Notes under the pieces: model-generated
Seen by the model: only the letters and a program-made list of their open reading frames with translations
Told to the model about the DNA's origin: nothing
The model's database searches: none
Sequence record: MZ443771.1
Strand: one strand, 5' to 3'
DNA length: 64,000 nucleotides
Made by a program: the position numbers and the translations under genes
Shown here: positions 1 through 9,295 of the stretch, piece after piece
Layout: the number at the start of each line of letters is the position of its first letter
How positions within the stretch are numbered: position 1 is the stretch's first letter

Positions 1-186
1 GTTAGCCAGAAGACTAATCGGGTACACTGAACCTGAACTCGGTGCGATATCCTTTTCTGTGGTGGCATCAGCAAACGTACCGCCAACAACACGGAACGAT
101 AGCGTGTCAGTATGACTAGCGATAGTGATATCGTTTTGCCACGACTGAGCACCAGTAGCTGATACAACAGGAATCATTTCAGCCAT
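1..186 (-). CDS. Partial hypothetical (probable virion) protein running off the left edge
   Basis: ATG at 186 with GAGGTG RBS; frame MAEMIPVVSATGAQSWQNDITIASH... stays open to position 1; not in the ORF track. Confidence 0.7.
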   Translation of the reverse strand, partial: MAEMIPVVSATGAQSWQNDITIASHTDTLSFRVVGGTFADATTEKDIAPSSGSVYPISLLAN

Positions 187-210
187 TGTTCACCTCACGA
201 TGCGGAAACT

Positions 211-234
211 AAAAAGGGCGCCCGAAGGCACCCT
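211..234 (-). terminator. Intrinsic terminator
   Basis: Minus strand AGGGTGCC-TTCG-GGCGCCCT followed by TTTT, just after the stop of 242..1420. Confidence 0.8.
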
Positions 235-241
235 GTGAGGA

Positions 242-1420
242 TTAGGCTCCGGCGCCTTCTGGGGCTTTATAGCCTTTCAGGAAGAAGATACGCATACCAG
301 TGTTGTTCGGACTGTTAGCAGTCAGAGCTTTATAGGTACGCTTCTTCGGCGTGCTGCCGTCATCTTCCATTTCGTTGTACACCTGCACGTCAATTTCGGT
401 GCCGTTAGAAATAACGTCAGCAGACGCATAACCAACGATATCCATTTCGTACGGGTAGCTGTAACGCTGAGTGTTAAAGCCCGCAGGCAGACGGAAATCG
501 AAGTGGTTATCTTCGGAGAACGGAACCATCTGATACGGGTTGATAACAGCAGAGCTATCAGCACTGTGTACGTGTGCTGGTGCTGGGATAGTTGGCGCGT
601 TCACGTCAGATTCACGCACGGTGAAGCGCATGATCTGGAATGAACCAGGGCTGTACGTTACTGGGCGCACTTCGATATCGTTGTTGATTGAACCGCCACC
701 GTTCACGCTGAACATACAGAACAGCGGAGCTTTGCCGTCAACGACAACAGTACCATCGGAGTTGATAGCACGTTGAACAACGAGCCACGCAGCACGGCAA
801 CCATCAGAGTCACGACCTTCAACACCGATATGCAGAGCGAAGCCGTGGTCAGTGAAGGACAGGTGATACGTGAACGGAGTAGCTTCCGGGTCAGCCCAAA
901 TCAGACTGTCTGGGTTAGTCTGACCTGCGGTAGCGGTAGTGGCGTTCGTTGGGTAAGCCATAGTACCACCGTAATAAACGGAGGTGTTTGGGCCCACGAC
1001 ACCACGATGATAGAAGCACACATCGTTATCGCCAGCAGCACCTTGGTTGCCAGTGAAACGCGCACCAATCTGACCAGCGTACTCAGGTACACCAGAAGCG
1101 TTGATAGCAGCAGAACCGGTCTTAGCAACAGTGCCTGTGTCAGAAATCTGCTCAGGTGCAGCACAGAACAGGTTAGTACGCTTCTCTGTACCCTTCATCG
1201 CTAAACGCCAGCGTTGTTTACCAACACCAGTACCAGCCAGTGGGTCGATAGTAGCGGTAGCTTCTACGACGAACGACGCAAGGTCAGTCGTTGGCAGAGA
1301 GGACGCGATAGTTCCGTTGTAGCTCACCAGCTGGAAGCCGTTAGCGATCATGTCCTCAAGGATTGAACGCCACATCTTCAAGTTGCTGGTGAAACCAGAT
1401 TTAACAATCAGTTTGTTCAT
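242..1420 (-). CDS. Virion structural / fibre-associated protein, paralog of 1440..2426
   Basis: 392 aa; shares collinear blocks with the neighbour (TDHGFALHI/TDHGIALHI, WLVVQR/WFVVQR, NTQRY, GYASAD/GYTSAD, GMR); lies in the fibre cluster. Confidence 0.6.
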   Translation of the reverse strand: MNKLIVKSGFTSNLKMWRSILEDMIANGFQLVSYNGTIASSLPTTDLASFVVEATATIDPLAGTGVGKQRWRLAMKGTEKRTNLFCAAPEQISDTGTVAKTGSAAINASGVPEYAGQIGARFTGNQGAAGDNDVCFYHRGVVGPNTSVYYGGTMAYPTNATTATAGQTNPDSLIWADPEATPFTYHLSFTDHGFALHIGVEGRDSDGCRAAWLVVQRAINSDGTVVVDGKAPLFCMFSVNGGGSINNDIEVRPVTYSPGSFQIMRFTVRESDVNAPTIPAPAHVHSADSSAVINPYQMVPFSEDNHFDFRLPAGFNTQRYSYPYEMDIVGYASADVISNGTEIDVQVYNEMEDDGSTPKKRTYKALTANSPNNTGMRIFFLKGYKAPEGAGA

Positions 1421-1439
1421 GAGTTGTTGTCCCCTTTAA

Positions 1440-2426
1440 TTAAGCCGCGTCGCCAGTGCCGATAGGAAGCATCAGACGCATACCACGGTTGTCTTTACCG
1501 TTAGCGTTCATGCCCAGGTATTTGGTTTTGTTCGTCGCTTTCAGAGGGTTCAACTGAACTTCTGAGCCAGCAGAGAGAACATCAGCAGAGGTGTAACCCA
1601 GCATGTCCAGTGTAGCGAAGTACACATAGCGCTGAGTGTTGATCATCTGCGGGAACAGAACGATAGCACGGTTGCCCTCTGCGATCATAACCTGCTGGAG
1701 CGGGTTAATGATAGGTGCAGTGTCCGGAGTAGGCTGCACAGCAGACTTAGGCTCGGTAGCAGCGAAGATACCCTCTTCGATTACAGTGTAGCGCAGAGCA
1801 GCTTCTGGCTTGAGCGTATCAGGGTCGCCAGCAAGGCCGCCACCGCAAGAGAAGATAGCAAACAGCGGGCTATGATCGCCTGGGGTAGTATCGCCAGCTT
1901 GTACGCCACGCTGAACAACGAACCAGCTAAACGCTGTACCTTTGTTGTCGAAACCTTCTGCGTTGATATGCAGAGCGATGCCGTGGTCGGTTGTGATGAA
2001 GTCATACGTCAGCGGGTAAGCAGACATATCAGCAGCAGCGTCCATCTTCCAGTCATTGACCAGATCGATGAAGAAGCCAGTCAGCAGACCGCCTTTAGAC
2101 ATACGGCCAACTTCTTCCGTTGCAGAGCGTTTCGCTGCGGAGTAGTCAGTGCTGTTTACCTGATTGTCAGGCAGCACGTTAACCGTCAAAGTTTTGTCTG
2201 AGTTGCTGGCAGACAGAATGATGCCCCACTTCTGGTTCTGATACAGAGGGTCAACAGAAGCAGAGGCCAGCAGATAGAAGGACTTAGCAGTCGGTCCTAC
2301 GGTAGTTCCCGCTGCGCCATCGACGGCAACAAGCGAGAAGCCCGCAGTAATCATTCTGCTAACGAGGTCGCGGGTCAGTGCTTCAAGACCAACGAGCTTG
2401 GTAGCGTTTACACGTTGAATAGCCAT
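1440..2426 (-). CDS. Virion structural / fibre-associated protein, paralog of 242..1420
   Basis: 328 aa; collinear similarity to the neighbour; structural context. Confidence 0.6.
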   Translation of the reverse strand: MAIQRVNATKLVGLEALTRDLVSRMITAGFSLVAVDGAAGTTVGPTAKSFYLLASASVDPLYQNQKWGIILSASNSDKTLTVNVLPDNQVNSTDYSAAKRSATEEVGRMSKGGLLTGFFIDLVNDWKMDAAADMSAYPLTYDFITTDHGIALHINAEGFDNKGTAFSWFVVQRGVQAGDTTPGDHSPLFAIFSCGGGLAGDPDTLKPEAALRYTVIEEGIFAATEPKSAVQPTPDTAPIINPLQQVMIAEGNRAIVLFPQMINTQRYVYFATLDMLGYTSADVLSAGSEVQLNPLKATNKTKYLGMNANGKDNRGMRLMLPIGTGDAA

Positions 2427-2433
2427 ATGGTTA

Positions 2434-3219
2434 TCACTCCATTACCAGATAGGTTACAGTGAGTTTCGGTTTCGACGGTGATGTACCGATATTCTTCATA
2501 CGCCACGAAATAGTAGGCGTGTTGTCTCTGTTAGACAAGAAGCTGTATCGGCGCAGCTTACGGATGATTGGATTGCCTTCGCTATCCTCATCAGTGAACA
2601 CACCATCATCTTCGAGAAAATTAGCAGTGGAACGGAATATATACGGGTTTCTGTCATCGCGCAGTGAACTTTGATACGCGGTCAATTCCACGTCAAAGGC
2701 ATTGAGCGTAACTGAAAGCAGCATAACCGTTTTATTCATTGCCAGATCGAAGTCGAGTTGCTGGCCAGGGGTGATGTAGTTCTGGGCTTCGTACTCAACT
2801 GTCTTACGAACACCAGCCTGTTCATTACCACTCATATCAACCCAGAACATTGTACCGTTAGGACCAGACATGAGGGTCATACCCGCATACTCAGGTTCAG
2901 GCACTTGCTTACTTGGGTCGAGGCCTACAATCGTCAGACCTGTCTCATCCACAGCAGTAACGAAAGGCGACTCGAATTTATATTCCGAGCCACCGAGTTT
3001 CGCTTCTTTCCACGTTACGTTGTCTTTACTGAGCTGGTAGATCTTGTCAGTCTCAGTAACGTAACACAACATCCCAGGCTTTTTGTTGCCTACAGACATT
3101 GCATCACGATCAGCCATAGTAGCAAGACAACGCATACCCCCTCGAAGATACTTGTCTTCAAGGAGGTATGGAAGTGCTGCGGATGCTGGCAACAGGAACG
3201 AAGTCATGTTAACCGGCAT
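2434..3219 (-). CDS. Putative fibre/virion structural protein
   Basis: 261 aa; the segment LRGGMRCLATMADRDAM...PGMLCYVTETDKIYQL resembles a motif in phage fibre proteins; operon context. Confidence 0.5.
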   Translation of the reverse strand: MPVNMTSFLLPASAALPYLLEDKYLRGGMRCLATMADRDAMSVGNKKPGMLCYVTETDKIYQLSKDNVTWKEAKLGGSEYKFESPFVTAVDETGLTIVGLDPSKQVPEPEYAGMTLMSGPNGTMFWVDMSGNEQAGVRKTVEYEAQNYITPGQQLDFDLAMNKTVMLLSVTLNAFDVELTAYQSSLRDDRNPYIFRSTANFLEDDGVFTDEDSEGNPIIRKLRRYSFLSNRDNTPTISWRMKNIGTSPSKPKLTVTYLVME

Positions 3220-3229
3220 CTCTTTCTCC

Positions 3230-6200
3230 TTACGCGATACCTGAACCAGGGTTGCTAGAACCGTAGGTCAGTTTAAACGTATAAGCCAGACTATCAAACG
3301 GGAAGTCGTTACGATAGATAACGTAATCGACACCGTTGATCTGAACTTCGGCAGGACCAGCAAAGTTGAAGTCATCGAACTCCAACGCACCATCCCATGA
3401 ACCAGCAAAGCCCTGCACTGACTCAACGAAGTAACCATAGCCCAGAGACTTAGGCCACGCAACGTAGAAGAACACGTTGTTCGTTGACGTACTGGTATTG
3501 CCCGGACAGTTCAGGAGCTGTTGACCGCTCGTGGTCAATGCAGTTTGCAGACCCTGCACGAACGCTGCATCATAACCGCTAACAGACTTGATCTTAGTGT
3601 GAGAGCCGAAGCGAGCACCCAAGTCAGAGGACTGTTGTGGTTTGAGCGTAACGTCTTTCGTCGCAGTGACAGTCTTACCATTCTTAACGAAGGTAACAGT
3701 GATAGTCACCACAGCGTCAGCAGTAACAGCGTCAGACTTCAACGAGCCACCAGTAACGCTCAGGCCGGTTGCTGTACCAGACTTCACAGCCACTGCCCAC
3801 GTTGTACCGCTGTCAGCAGTCACGTCAGGCGTAGTGCCGTCGGACAGTGTAGCAGTCGCAGTGTATGCAGTTGTAACGCCACCGATAACAGAAGCTGGAC
3901 CAGTGATAGTCACAGAATCAGGCGTCGGAGGAGCTGGCGTGTTTGTCACAGTCAGCGTTGCAGTCTGAGACTGACCGCCAAACGATGCAGTACCAGTGAT
4001 GATTGCGGTCTGCGTAGTGCTCACAGTGTTACCCACAATCGTGTTGTTGCCTGGGTACGTAAACGCTGTAGTCGAACCAGAGCTACGTGTGATAACAGGC
4101 GTCAGGTCTGTCGTCGTGTTGTCAGAGAACGTCAGGCGAAGAATGTACGTACCAGTCTCACCTTTGTTCACAGCAGTCGGACCAATCAGCTCACGTTTAG
4201 TGATGGTTGCAGCCTGATTGATAATCTGGATGACTTTCTCTGGTGCATACGTCTGACCATCAACAACCACAGCAGCCGCGCGAAGCGTAGCAGTCTGGTT
4301 CTGCGTGATGGAGTTCGGTGCGGAAGTCAGCTTCACGCGAGTTGAAGTTGAACCCACAGACAACGTAACGTAAGCAGCGCCCTGAGGCAGTGACCACGTA
4401 GGCAGAGAAGCGTATTCGTTCACAGCACCCGAAAGGCGAGTAACGCGGACGAAGTAGTCGCCAGACACAGTACCCTCAGTGATGGATGAGTCGCCGATAA
4501 TCTCGACAGTGCTCACATCATCAGTAGGACCAACAACGGTGAACTGCACGTTACCTGTCTTAGAGACAGAGTTAACAGTAGCAGCAACGTTAAGCTGGAA
4601 CGTCAGAGTACCGAAGAAACCGCTGAGTGCTTTCTTAGTGCGAATGCGCCAGCCGGTCGTGCCGCCAGCAACGATCTCAAAGTATTCTTGAGCCGCAGTC
4701 GACAGCGTATAGGACAGTTCACTGCTTGTACCCTCACGAGTAGTAGAGTCAGAGAACGTCAGGATGCTATGCAGGTCACGCGTCACACCGACAGCAGTGC
4801 CGAAGTCGTACACAGGCGATGGCGCTTGTGGTTGAACAGACAGCAGACTTATAACGATGATGTTCTTAACCAGCACGGACTTCTGAGCGCTACGCCCGTC
4901 GTAAGTCGCACGAATCAGAACGGTTGTGTCCTGAGTCACTTCACCAGCAGACAAGATACCGGTTTGTGCGATGCTTGCGATTGCGCTACCCTGAATCACA
5001 GACCACGTAGGCGCAGACACTTGACGCTCTGAACTATCAGAAAGAATTTCCCACGCAGTGAATTGTGCAGTGGTGTTTTCGTTCATCGAGTCTTGACCAC
5101 GAACTTCCAGCGATACCACAGTCGGCGGGTTGCCAACAATAGACACAGCCTGAGTTGTAGTCTTCGTGATACCGTTCTCGGTATACGATGCGTAGATCGT
5201 CACGCTGGTGGTAGCGATAGGCACTGCACCAACAATCAGCTCTGAGTTGCTGAACGTCGCGTACTGAGAAGCCTGCTGCAAACGGAAGTCGTTCGGACTA
5301 ATCGTTGCAGTGTGACCGTCAGAGTAAGTAGCCAGCACGGTGTAAGGCGTGGTGGTATTCTCTTGTACGGACGTCGGGCCGATGATCTTAATGCTCGACA
5401 GGTCAACGACAGGTACAACGTTTACGATAGTGATATCGAGCGTTGCAGTCTTCGTGATACCGTTCTCCGTGTACGTTGCAGACAGCTTCACAGGAATGTC
5501 AGAAGACACTTTACCTGCGTTAACAGTCTTGTTCACGATGGTTACGATATCAACACGGTCAGAGGTGAACGTAGCAGGGTCAACCAGCTTCGTTGTACCG
5601 TCAGAGTAAGTAGCAAGGAAGGTGTAGTTAGCACTTTCTTCACTGCGAATTGTGTTCGCACCCTGAATGGCCAGAGAGGACAGAGTAACAGCAACGTTCT
5701 CTTTGAGAATCGTCACGTTCTTGCTGCCGGTAACTGTCTGGTCTGCCGTGATGTACGTTGCAGTCAGAACGATCTGACGGTCCTGCGTTGTCTCTTTACG
5801 CGCAGTCACCACGTTACCACTCACAGTGGTGTACGTTGTAGGCACAGCAACGAAAGAGTTCGGCGTGATCATTTCAGTGTCGCCGTTAGACCAAGTGATC
5901 TTGAACGTGTACGACTCGCTGGTCTGAGATGCGATGGTAGCAGAACCCAGCACTTCAAGCAGCGTGATCAACTGAGCCTTAACAGTGACGTTCTTCGTCG
6001 CAGTAAAGGTCAGGCCGTTGTAGACGTAGGTGGCAGTCAGTTTAACCACAGTGTCTGTAGCAACTTTCTTACCAGTACCTTGCAGACCCACGAGGTCAAG
6101 TGCGTTTGCGTTATCAACCACGAAGTTCGTAGGCATGATAGTCGCAACGTTACCAGACTTGTAACGCGCTGTCACAGTGTAGGTTTCTTTCTGCTTGAAG

Positions 6201-7240
6201 AACAGCGAACCAGTACCAACGATAGCGATAGACACCAGCTCGTCGTCAGGAATGAATGCGTTCTTAATCAGCAGGTCGTAGGTGGCAGTCACCCAGTTAC
6301 CGTACACAGGGTCACGCTTACGTGCAGTCACACGCAGCACAACGTCAGCAGCGAGGTCAGGCGCAGACACAGTACCGTCTTGCGTGATAGTCACACCGAT
6401 AACGTTCTCTTCGATGGACCATTCAACACCACTCGGGTCGTGCTCAATGCTGTTTGACCATTCAGCGTCGATGTTCAGTTTGACGCTACTGTTGTCCGAC
6501 ATGTAGCTGGCATTGCCCGGAAGGCTGATGCGCAGATTCATCAGGTGAGGAGATTCCCACTCGACGTTATCAGCAGAAGGCTTAACCCACTTGCCGATAT
6601 ACTTGTTCGGATTAGCAGGGTCCTGATCGACGATTGCCAGAACATACCCAGGCTGAGGTTCGTTTGAGCTTGCGACTTCAACGAATGCCAGAGTGTTCAG
6701 ACGAATCATGGTACGCGCATAATCAGGGTGATCGTGATTAGTCGGATAACGTGCATCGCTCATACGTGGGTCAGAGCTTGACACAGCGATAGGTAGATCA
6801 GGGTTAGCAGGCTCTGTCTTCGTAACGATGCTACCCAGACGGCTGGTGGTCGCGTGTGCGATTTCCAGATCACCTACATCAATACCCAGGTCAGCAGCGT
6901 TCTCTACAACGCGACGGAAGAACTGCTTCTGGCTAAACAACTGCGCGTAGTCAGTCACGGTTACCCATGAGCCACGGTGGTTGCCGTCAGACACAGCAGA
7001 GGTACGACGCAGCACATACTGGTACTGAGGGCTACCAGTGTTAGCGTCAATCCAAATCAGGTTGTACGGCTTTTCAGAAAACGATGGCTCAGTCATCGAC
7101 ACAACAACCTGATGCACTTCCGTTTGATCGTTCGCGTTAGGACGGAACAAGAAAGTGATAGGGTTGCGTGGCGTCAGACCGCGAGTACGAGCCAGACCGA
7201 TATACTGTTTAGCAAAGCCGTCGATCGTGGTTACGCTCAT
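3230..7240 (-). CDS. Long Ig-like (Big-type) repeat fibre/adhesion protein
   Basis: 1336 aa, Thr/Val/Ser-rich; about 10 repeats of roughly 95 aa of the form L.SI.I.G...Y...A.YSDG. Confidence 0.8.
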   Translation of the reverse strand: MSVTTIDGFAKQYIGLARTRGLTPRNPITFLFRPNANDQTEVHQVVVSMTEPSFSEKPYNLIWIDANTGSPQYQYVLRRTSAVSDGNHRGSWVTVTDYAQLFSQKQFFRRVVENAADLGIDVGDLEIAHATTSRLGSIVTKTEPANPDLPIAVSSSDPRMSDARYPTNHDHPDYARTMIRLNTLAFVEVASSNEPQPGYVLAIVDQDPANPNKYIGKWVKPSADNVEWESPHLMNLRISLPGNASYMSDNSSVKLNIDAEWSNSIEHDPSGVEWSIEENVIGVTITQDGTVSAPDLAADVVLRVTARKRDPVYGNWVTATYDLLIKNAFIPDDELVSIAIVGTGSLFFKQKETYTVTARYKSGNVATIMPTNFVVDNANALDLVGLQGTGKKVATDTVVKLTATYVYNGLTFTATKNVTVKAQLITLLEVLGSATIASQTSESYTFKITWSNGDTEMITPNSFVAVPTTYTTVSGNVVTARKETTQDRQIVLTATYITADQTVTGSKNVTILKENVAVTLSSLAIQGANTIRSEESANYTFLATYSDGTTKLVDPATFTSDRVDIVTIVNKTVNAGKVSSDIPVKLSATYTENGITKTATLDITIVNVVPVVDLSSIKIIGPTSVQENTTTPYTVLATYSDGHTATISPNDFRLQQASQYATFSNSELIVGAVPIATTSVTIYASYTENGITKTTTQAVSIVGNPPTVVSLEVRGQDSMNENTTAQFTAWEILSDSSERQVSAPTWSVIQGSAIASIAQTGILSAGEVTQDTTVLIRATYDGRSAQKSVLVKNIIVISLLSVQPQAPSPVYDFGTAVGVTRDLHSILTFSDSTTREGTSSELSYTLSTAAQEYFEIVAGGTTGWRIRTKKALSGFFGTLTFQLNVAATVNSVSKTGNVQFTVVGPTDDVSTVEIIGDSSITEGTVSGDYFVRVTRLSGAVNEYASLPTWSLPQGAAYVTLSVGSTSTRVKLTSAPNSITQNQTATLRAAAVVVDGQTYAPEKVIQIINQAATITKRELIGPTAVNKGETGTYILRLTFSDNTTTDLTPVITRSSGSTTAFTYPGNNTIVGNTVSTTQTAIITGTASFGGQSQTATLTVTNTPAPPTPDSVTITGPASVIGGVTTAYTATATLSDGTTPDVTADSGTTWAVAVKSGTATGLSVTGGSLKSDAVTADAVVTITVTFVKNGKTVTATKDVTLKPQQSSDLGARFGSHTKIKSVSGYDAAFVQGLQTALTTSGQQLLNCPGNTSTSTNNVFFYVAWPKSLGYGYFVESVQGFAGSWDGALEFDDFNFAGPAEVQINGVDYVIYRNDFPFDSLAYTFKLTYGSSNPGSGIA

Positions 7241-7944
7241 TCATTATTCTCCAGAATGTCGGTCGCAATCAGATGGCCGTAAGACGCTTTCACTGACGTA
7301 TCGGCAATGAAGGTAGAACCATTGTCGCCTACATCTGCGTCCATGTTCACTTTGTCCTGCACAGTCTTCACTTCCACCAGAGGTTTCTCTGGGTGCATTT
7401 CATCGTGAGGCAGCGGGGTACGCTTGTCAGTGTTACGTGGGTCAGATACAGACACGAACGTAGGACGACCGACAGTAGCGGGTTCAGTAGTCAGGCGAGC
7501 GATACCATACGTGTCCATAGACGCATTAGGAATCTCGTCACCGCCACTGATATCCGATGGATCGTAATACTGAGGCGCCCAGAGTGAGTTGAAGTTCTTC
7601 ACTTCTTCCCATGTATTCTGGAATCCACCAGCAGGTGTTTTAGACTTACGTGCAAGGAAACGTCGATAGTAAACGCTGTTCACTTCCATGCAAAGCCACA
7701 CAACGTTCATCGGTAACACGACACCTTCTGGTTCAGCAGAGGCAACGATGAACGTACAACTGATGTTGAGTGTAGGGTTAATCTGACGGGTGATTTGGTC
7801 TTTCGACGTATCATCCATAAAACCCGTAACAGCCAACAGAGCAGCAGCGATATCATTCAGTGTAGTCATAACCGCTCCGTTAATCAGCAGGTTGGCCGAG
7901 TTCAGATTCACGCACCTTACGCCATTGAAGCGTATTGTCTTCAA
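7237..7944 (-). CDS. Fibre-associated protein sharing the N-terminal module of the Ig-repeat protein
   Basis: 235 aa; VVWL, SDPRNTDKRTPLPH and HPEKP match 3230..7240 and 7880..8518; true start may be downstream of the ORF-track start. Confidence 0.55.
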   Translation of the reverse strand: MKTIRFNGVRCVNLNSANLLINGAVMTTLNDIAAALLAVTGFMDDTSKDQITRQINPTLNISCTFIVASAEPEGVVLPMNVVWLCMEVNSVYYRRFLARKSKTPAGGFQNTWEEVKNFNSLWAPQYYDPSDISGGDEIPNASMDTYGIARLTTEPATVGRPTFVSVSDPRNTDKRTPLPHDEMHPEKPLVEVKTVQDKVNMDADVGDNGSTFIADTSVKASYGHLIATDILENNE

Positions 7945-8518
7945 GTACCATTACCTGATTCACAGCAGGAACCAGCTGGTCTTTGATTGGTACGTGTTCT
8001 TCACCGTAGCTACCGTTGATAGAAATCATAGTAGCAGGCTTCTCAGCGTGGGTGTGGTCTTTTGGATCACGGTTGTTTGTCAGCGTTTCATCGCCTTCCA
8101 TCACAGCGCGAGATTCAGCTTCTGGATATGACAGATAGCCTACACCACGAGTGATTGCAGTTGCCAATGGAGGCAGCGCACGGTTGATGATCTGCAAATC
8201 GTTCGGGTCATACGTCTGTTCTTCCATAGCATCGTCATAGAAGTACAGCGCAGTCCAAACATCTTTGTACGGGTCAGCCAGGTCTTTCGTTGTGCGCTTG
8301 AACGCAGTGCGGAAAGTAGGCGACTCAGGGTTGTAATCAATCCAGATCGCATTGACCGGAAGGACTACATAACGCGGAGCTGCATACGAGCAGTAGAACA
8401 ACAGACCCAACTGCGAACCATCTTTGGGTAGACGGAACGTGATTGGGTTTTTGTTCTGCTGGTGGATATTCGTAATCAACTCAACGTTACTGATGAACTG
8501 TTCAAGTTTCAGTTCCAT
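7880..8518 (-). CDS. Fibre-associated protein sharing the N-terminal module of the Ig-repeat protein
   Basis: 212 aa; NPITF, AIWID and RDPKDHTHAEKP match the N-terminus of 3230..7240. Confidence 0.55.
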   Translation of the reverse strand: MELKLEQFISNVELITNIHQQNKNPITFRLPKDGSQLGLLFYCSYAAPRYVVLPVNAIWIDYNPESPTFRTAFKRTTKDLADPYKDVWTALYFYDDAMEEQTYDPNDLQIINRALPPLATAITRGVGYLSYPEAESRAVMEGDETLTNNRDPKDHTHAEKPATMISINGSYGEEHVPIKDQLVPAVNQVMVLEDNTLQWRKVRESELGQPAD

Positions 8519-8548
8519 TGTGTTCTCCGTTTACCAGAAGCGGTGATT

Positions 8549-8556
8549 AAAATTAT
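8549..8556 (-). promoter_or_regulatory. Putative late promoter motif (ATAATTTT)
   Basis: Recurrent (C/A)TAATTT(T/C) motif 31 nt upstream of 8518; overlaps a stop codon, so weaker evidence. Confidence 0.35.
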
Positions 8557-9248
8557 ACAGGGTCGCCTGACTTAGGACTGGTAGAGCCGTATTTAATACG
8601 GAATACATAGTCGAGACTATCGAACGGGAAGTCATTGCGATAGACAACATAATCAAAGCCACCGAGACTTACCTCCGCAGCGCCTTCAAAGTTGAAGTCG
8701 TTAAACTCCATAGCGCCGTCCCATGAGCCAGAGAACCCTTGAGCTGTCTCTTGGAAATATCCATAGAGTAAACGCTTAGGCCAGGCCACATAGAAGAAGC
8801 GATTGTTATCAGACGTTGATTCGTTTGGAGGACAAGTGATAAGCTGAGGACTCGACTCACCGAGAACGGTTGTCAGAGAACGGAAGAAGGTATCGTTGTA
8901 GTCCTGTAGCGATAGCACTTTATCGTGTACGCCAAATCGAGGACCGTATTCACCGCTGAATGGCACAGACACACGCACCTTGTTCGACGTGGCATTCAAT
9001 GTCGTGCTGACGTTGTACGCCTTAGCAACGAGATCGTGTTCACCTGTATCGAAAGGCAGAGTGAAGTCGAAGTATGCGCTGGTGCCAGTAGTCGGCATGT
9101 CAAGCGTCTTGAGTACCACACCCGCAGCGTTCTCAATCTGGAGTGTGCCACGCAAAGGCGGGTTATCCATAGCGACCAAGAAGCGCAGTTGTTTGCTACG
9201 CAGCGAGAAGCAGTATTCCAAGTTACCTTGAATAGACAAAGTAAGCAT
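8553..9248 (-). CDS. Fibre-tip-like protein sharing the C-terminal domain of the Ig-repeat protein
   Basis: 231 aa; FFYVAWPK, GSWDGA.EF.DFNF.G and YRNDFPFDSL are near-identical to the C-terminus of 3230..7240. Confidence 0.65.
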   Translation of the reverse strand: MLTLSIQGNLEYCFSLRSKQLRFLVAMDNPPLRGTLQIENAAGVVLKTLDMPTTGTSAYFDFTLPFDTGEHDLVAKAYNVSTTLNATSNKVRVSVPFSGEYGPRFGVHDKVLSLQDYNDTFFRSLTTVLGESSPQLITCPPNESTSDNNRFFYVAWPKRLLYGYFQETAQGFSGSWDGAMEFNDFNFEGAAEVSLGGFDYVVYRNDFPFDSLDYVFRIKYGSTSPKSGDPV

Positions 9249-9264
9249 AGAACCTCACAATACG

Positions 9265-9290
9265 AAAAGAGGAGGACCGAAGCCCTCCTC
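9265..9290 (-). terminator. Intrinsic terminator after the tail sheath gene
   Basis: GAGGAGGGC-TTCG-GTCCTCCTC followed by TTTT on the minus strand. Confidence 0.8.
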
Positions 9291-9295
9291 ATTGA

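Noticed and set aside
3521-6457. Long plus-strand ORFs (274 aa, 381 aa and many others across the window)
   Set aside because: They lie antisense to well-supported minus-strand genes, have no RBS or motifs, and are shadows of biased codon usage.
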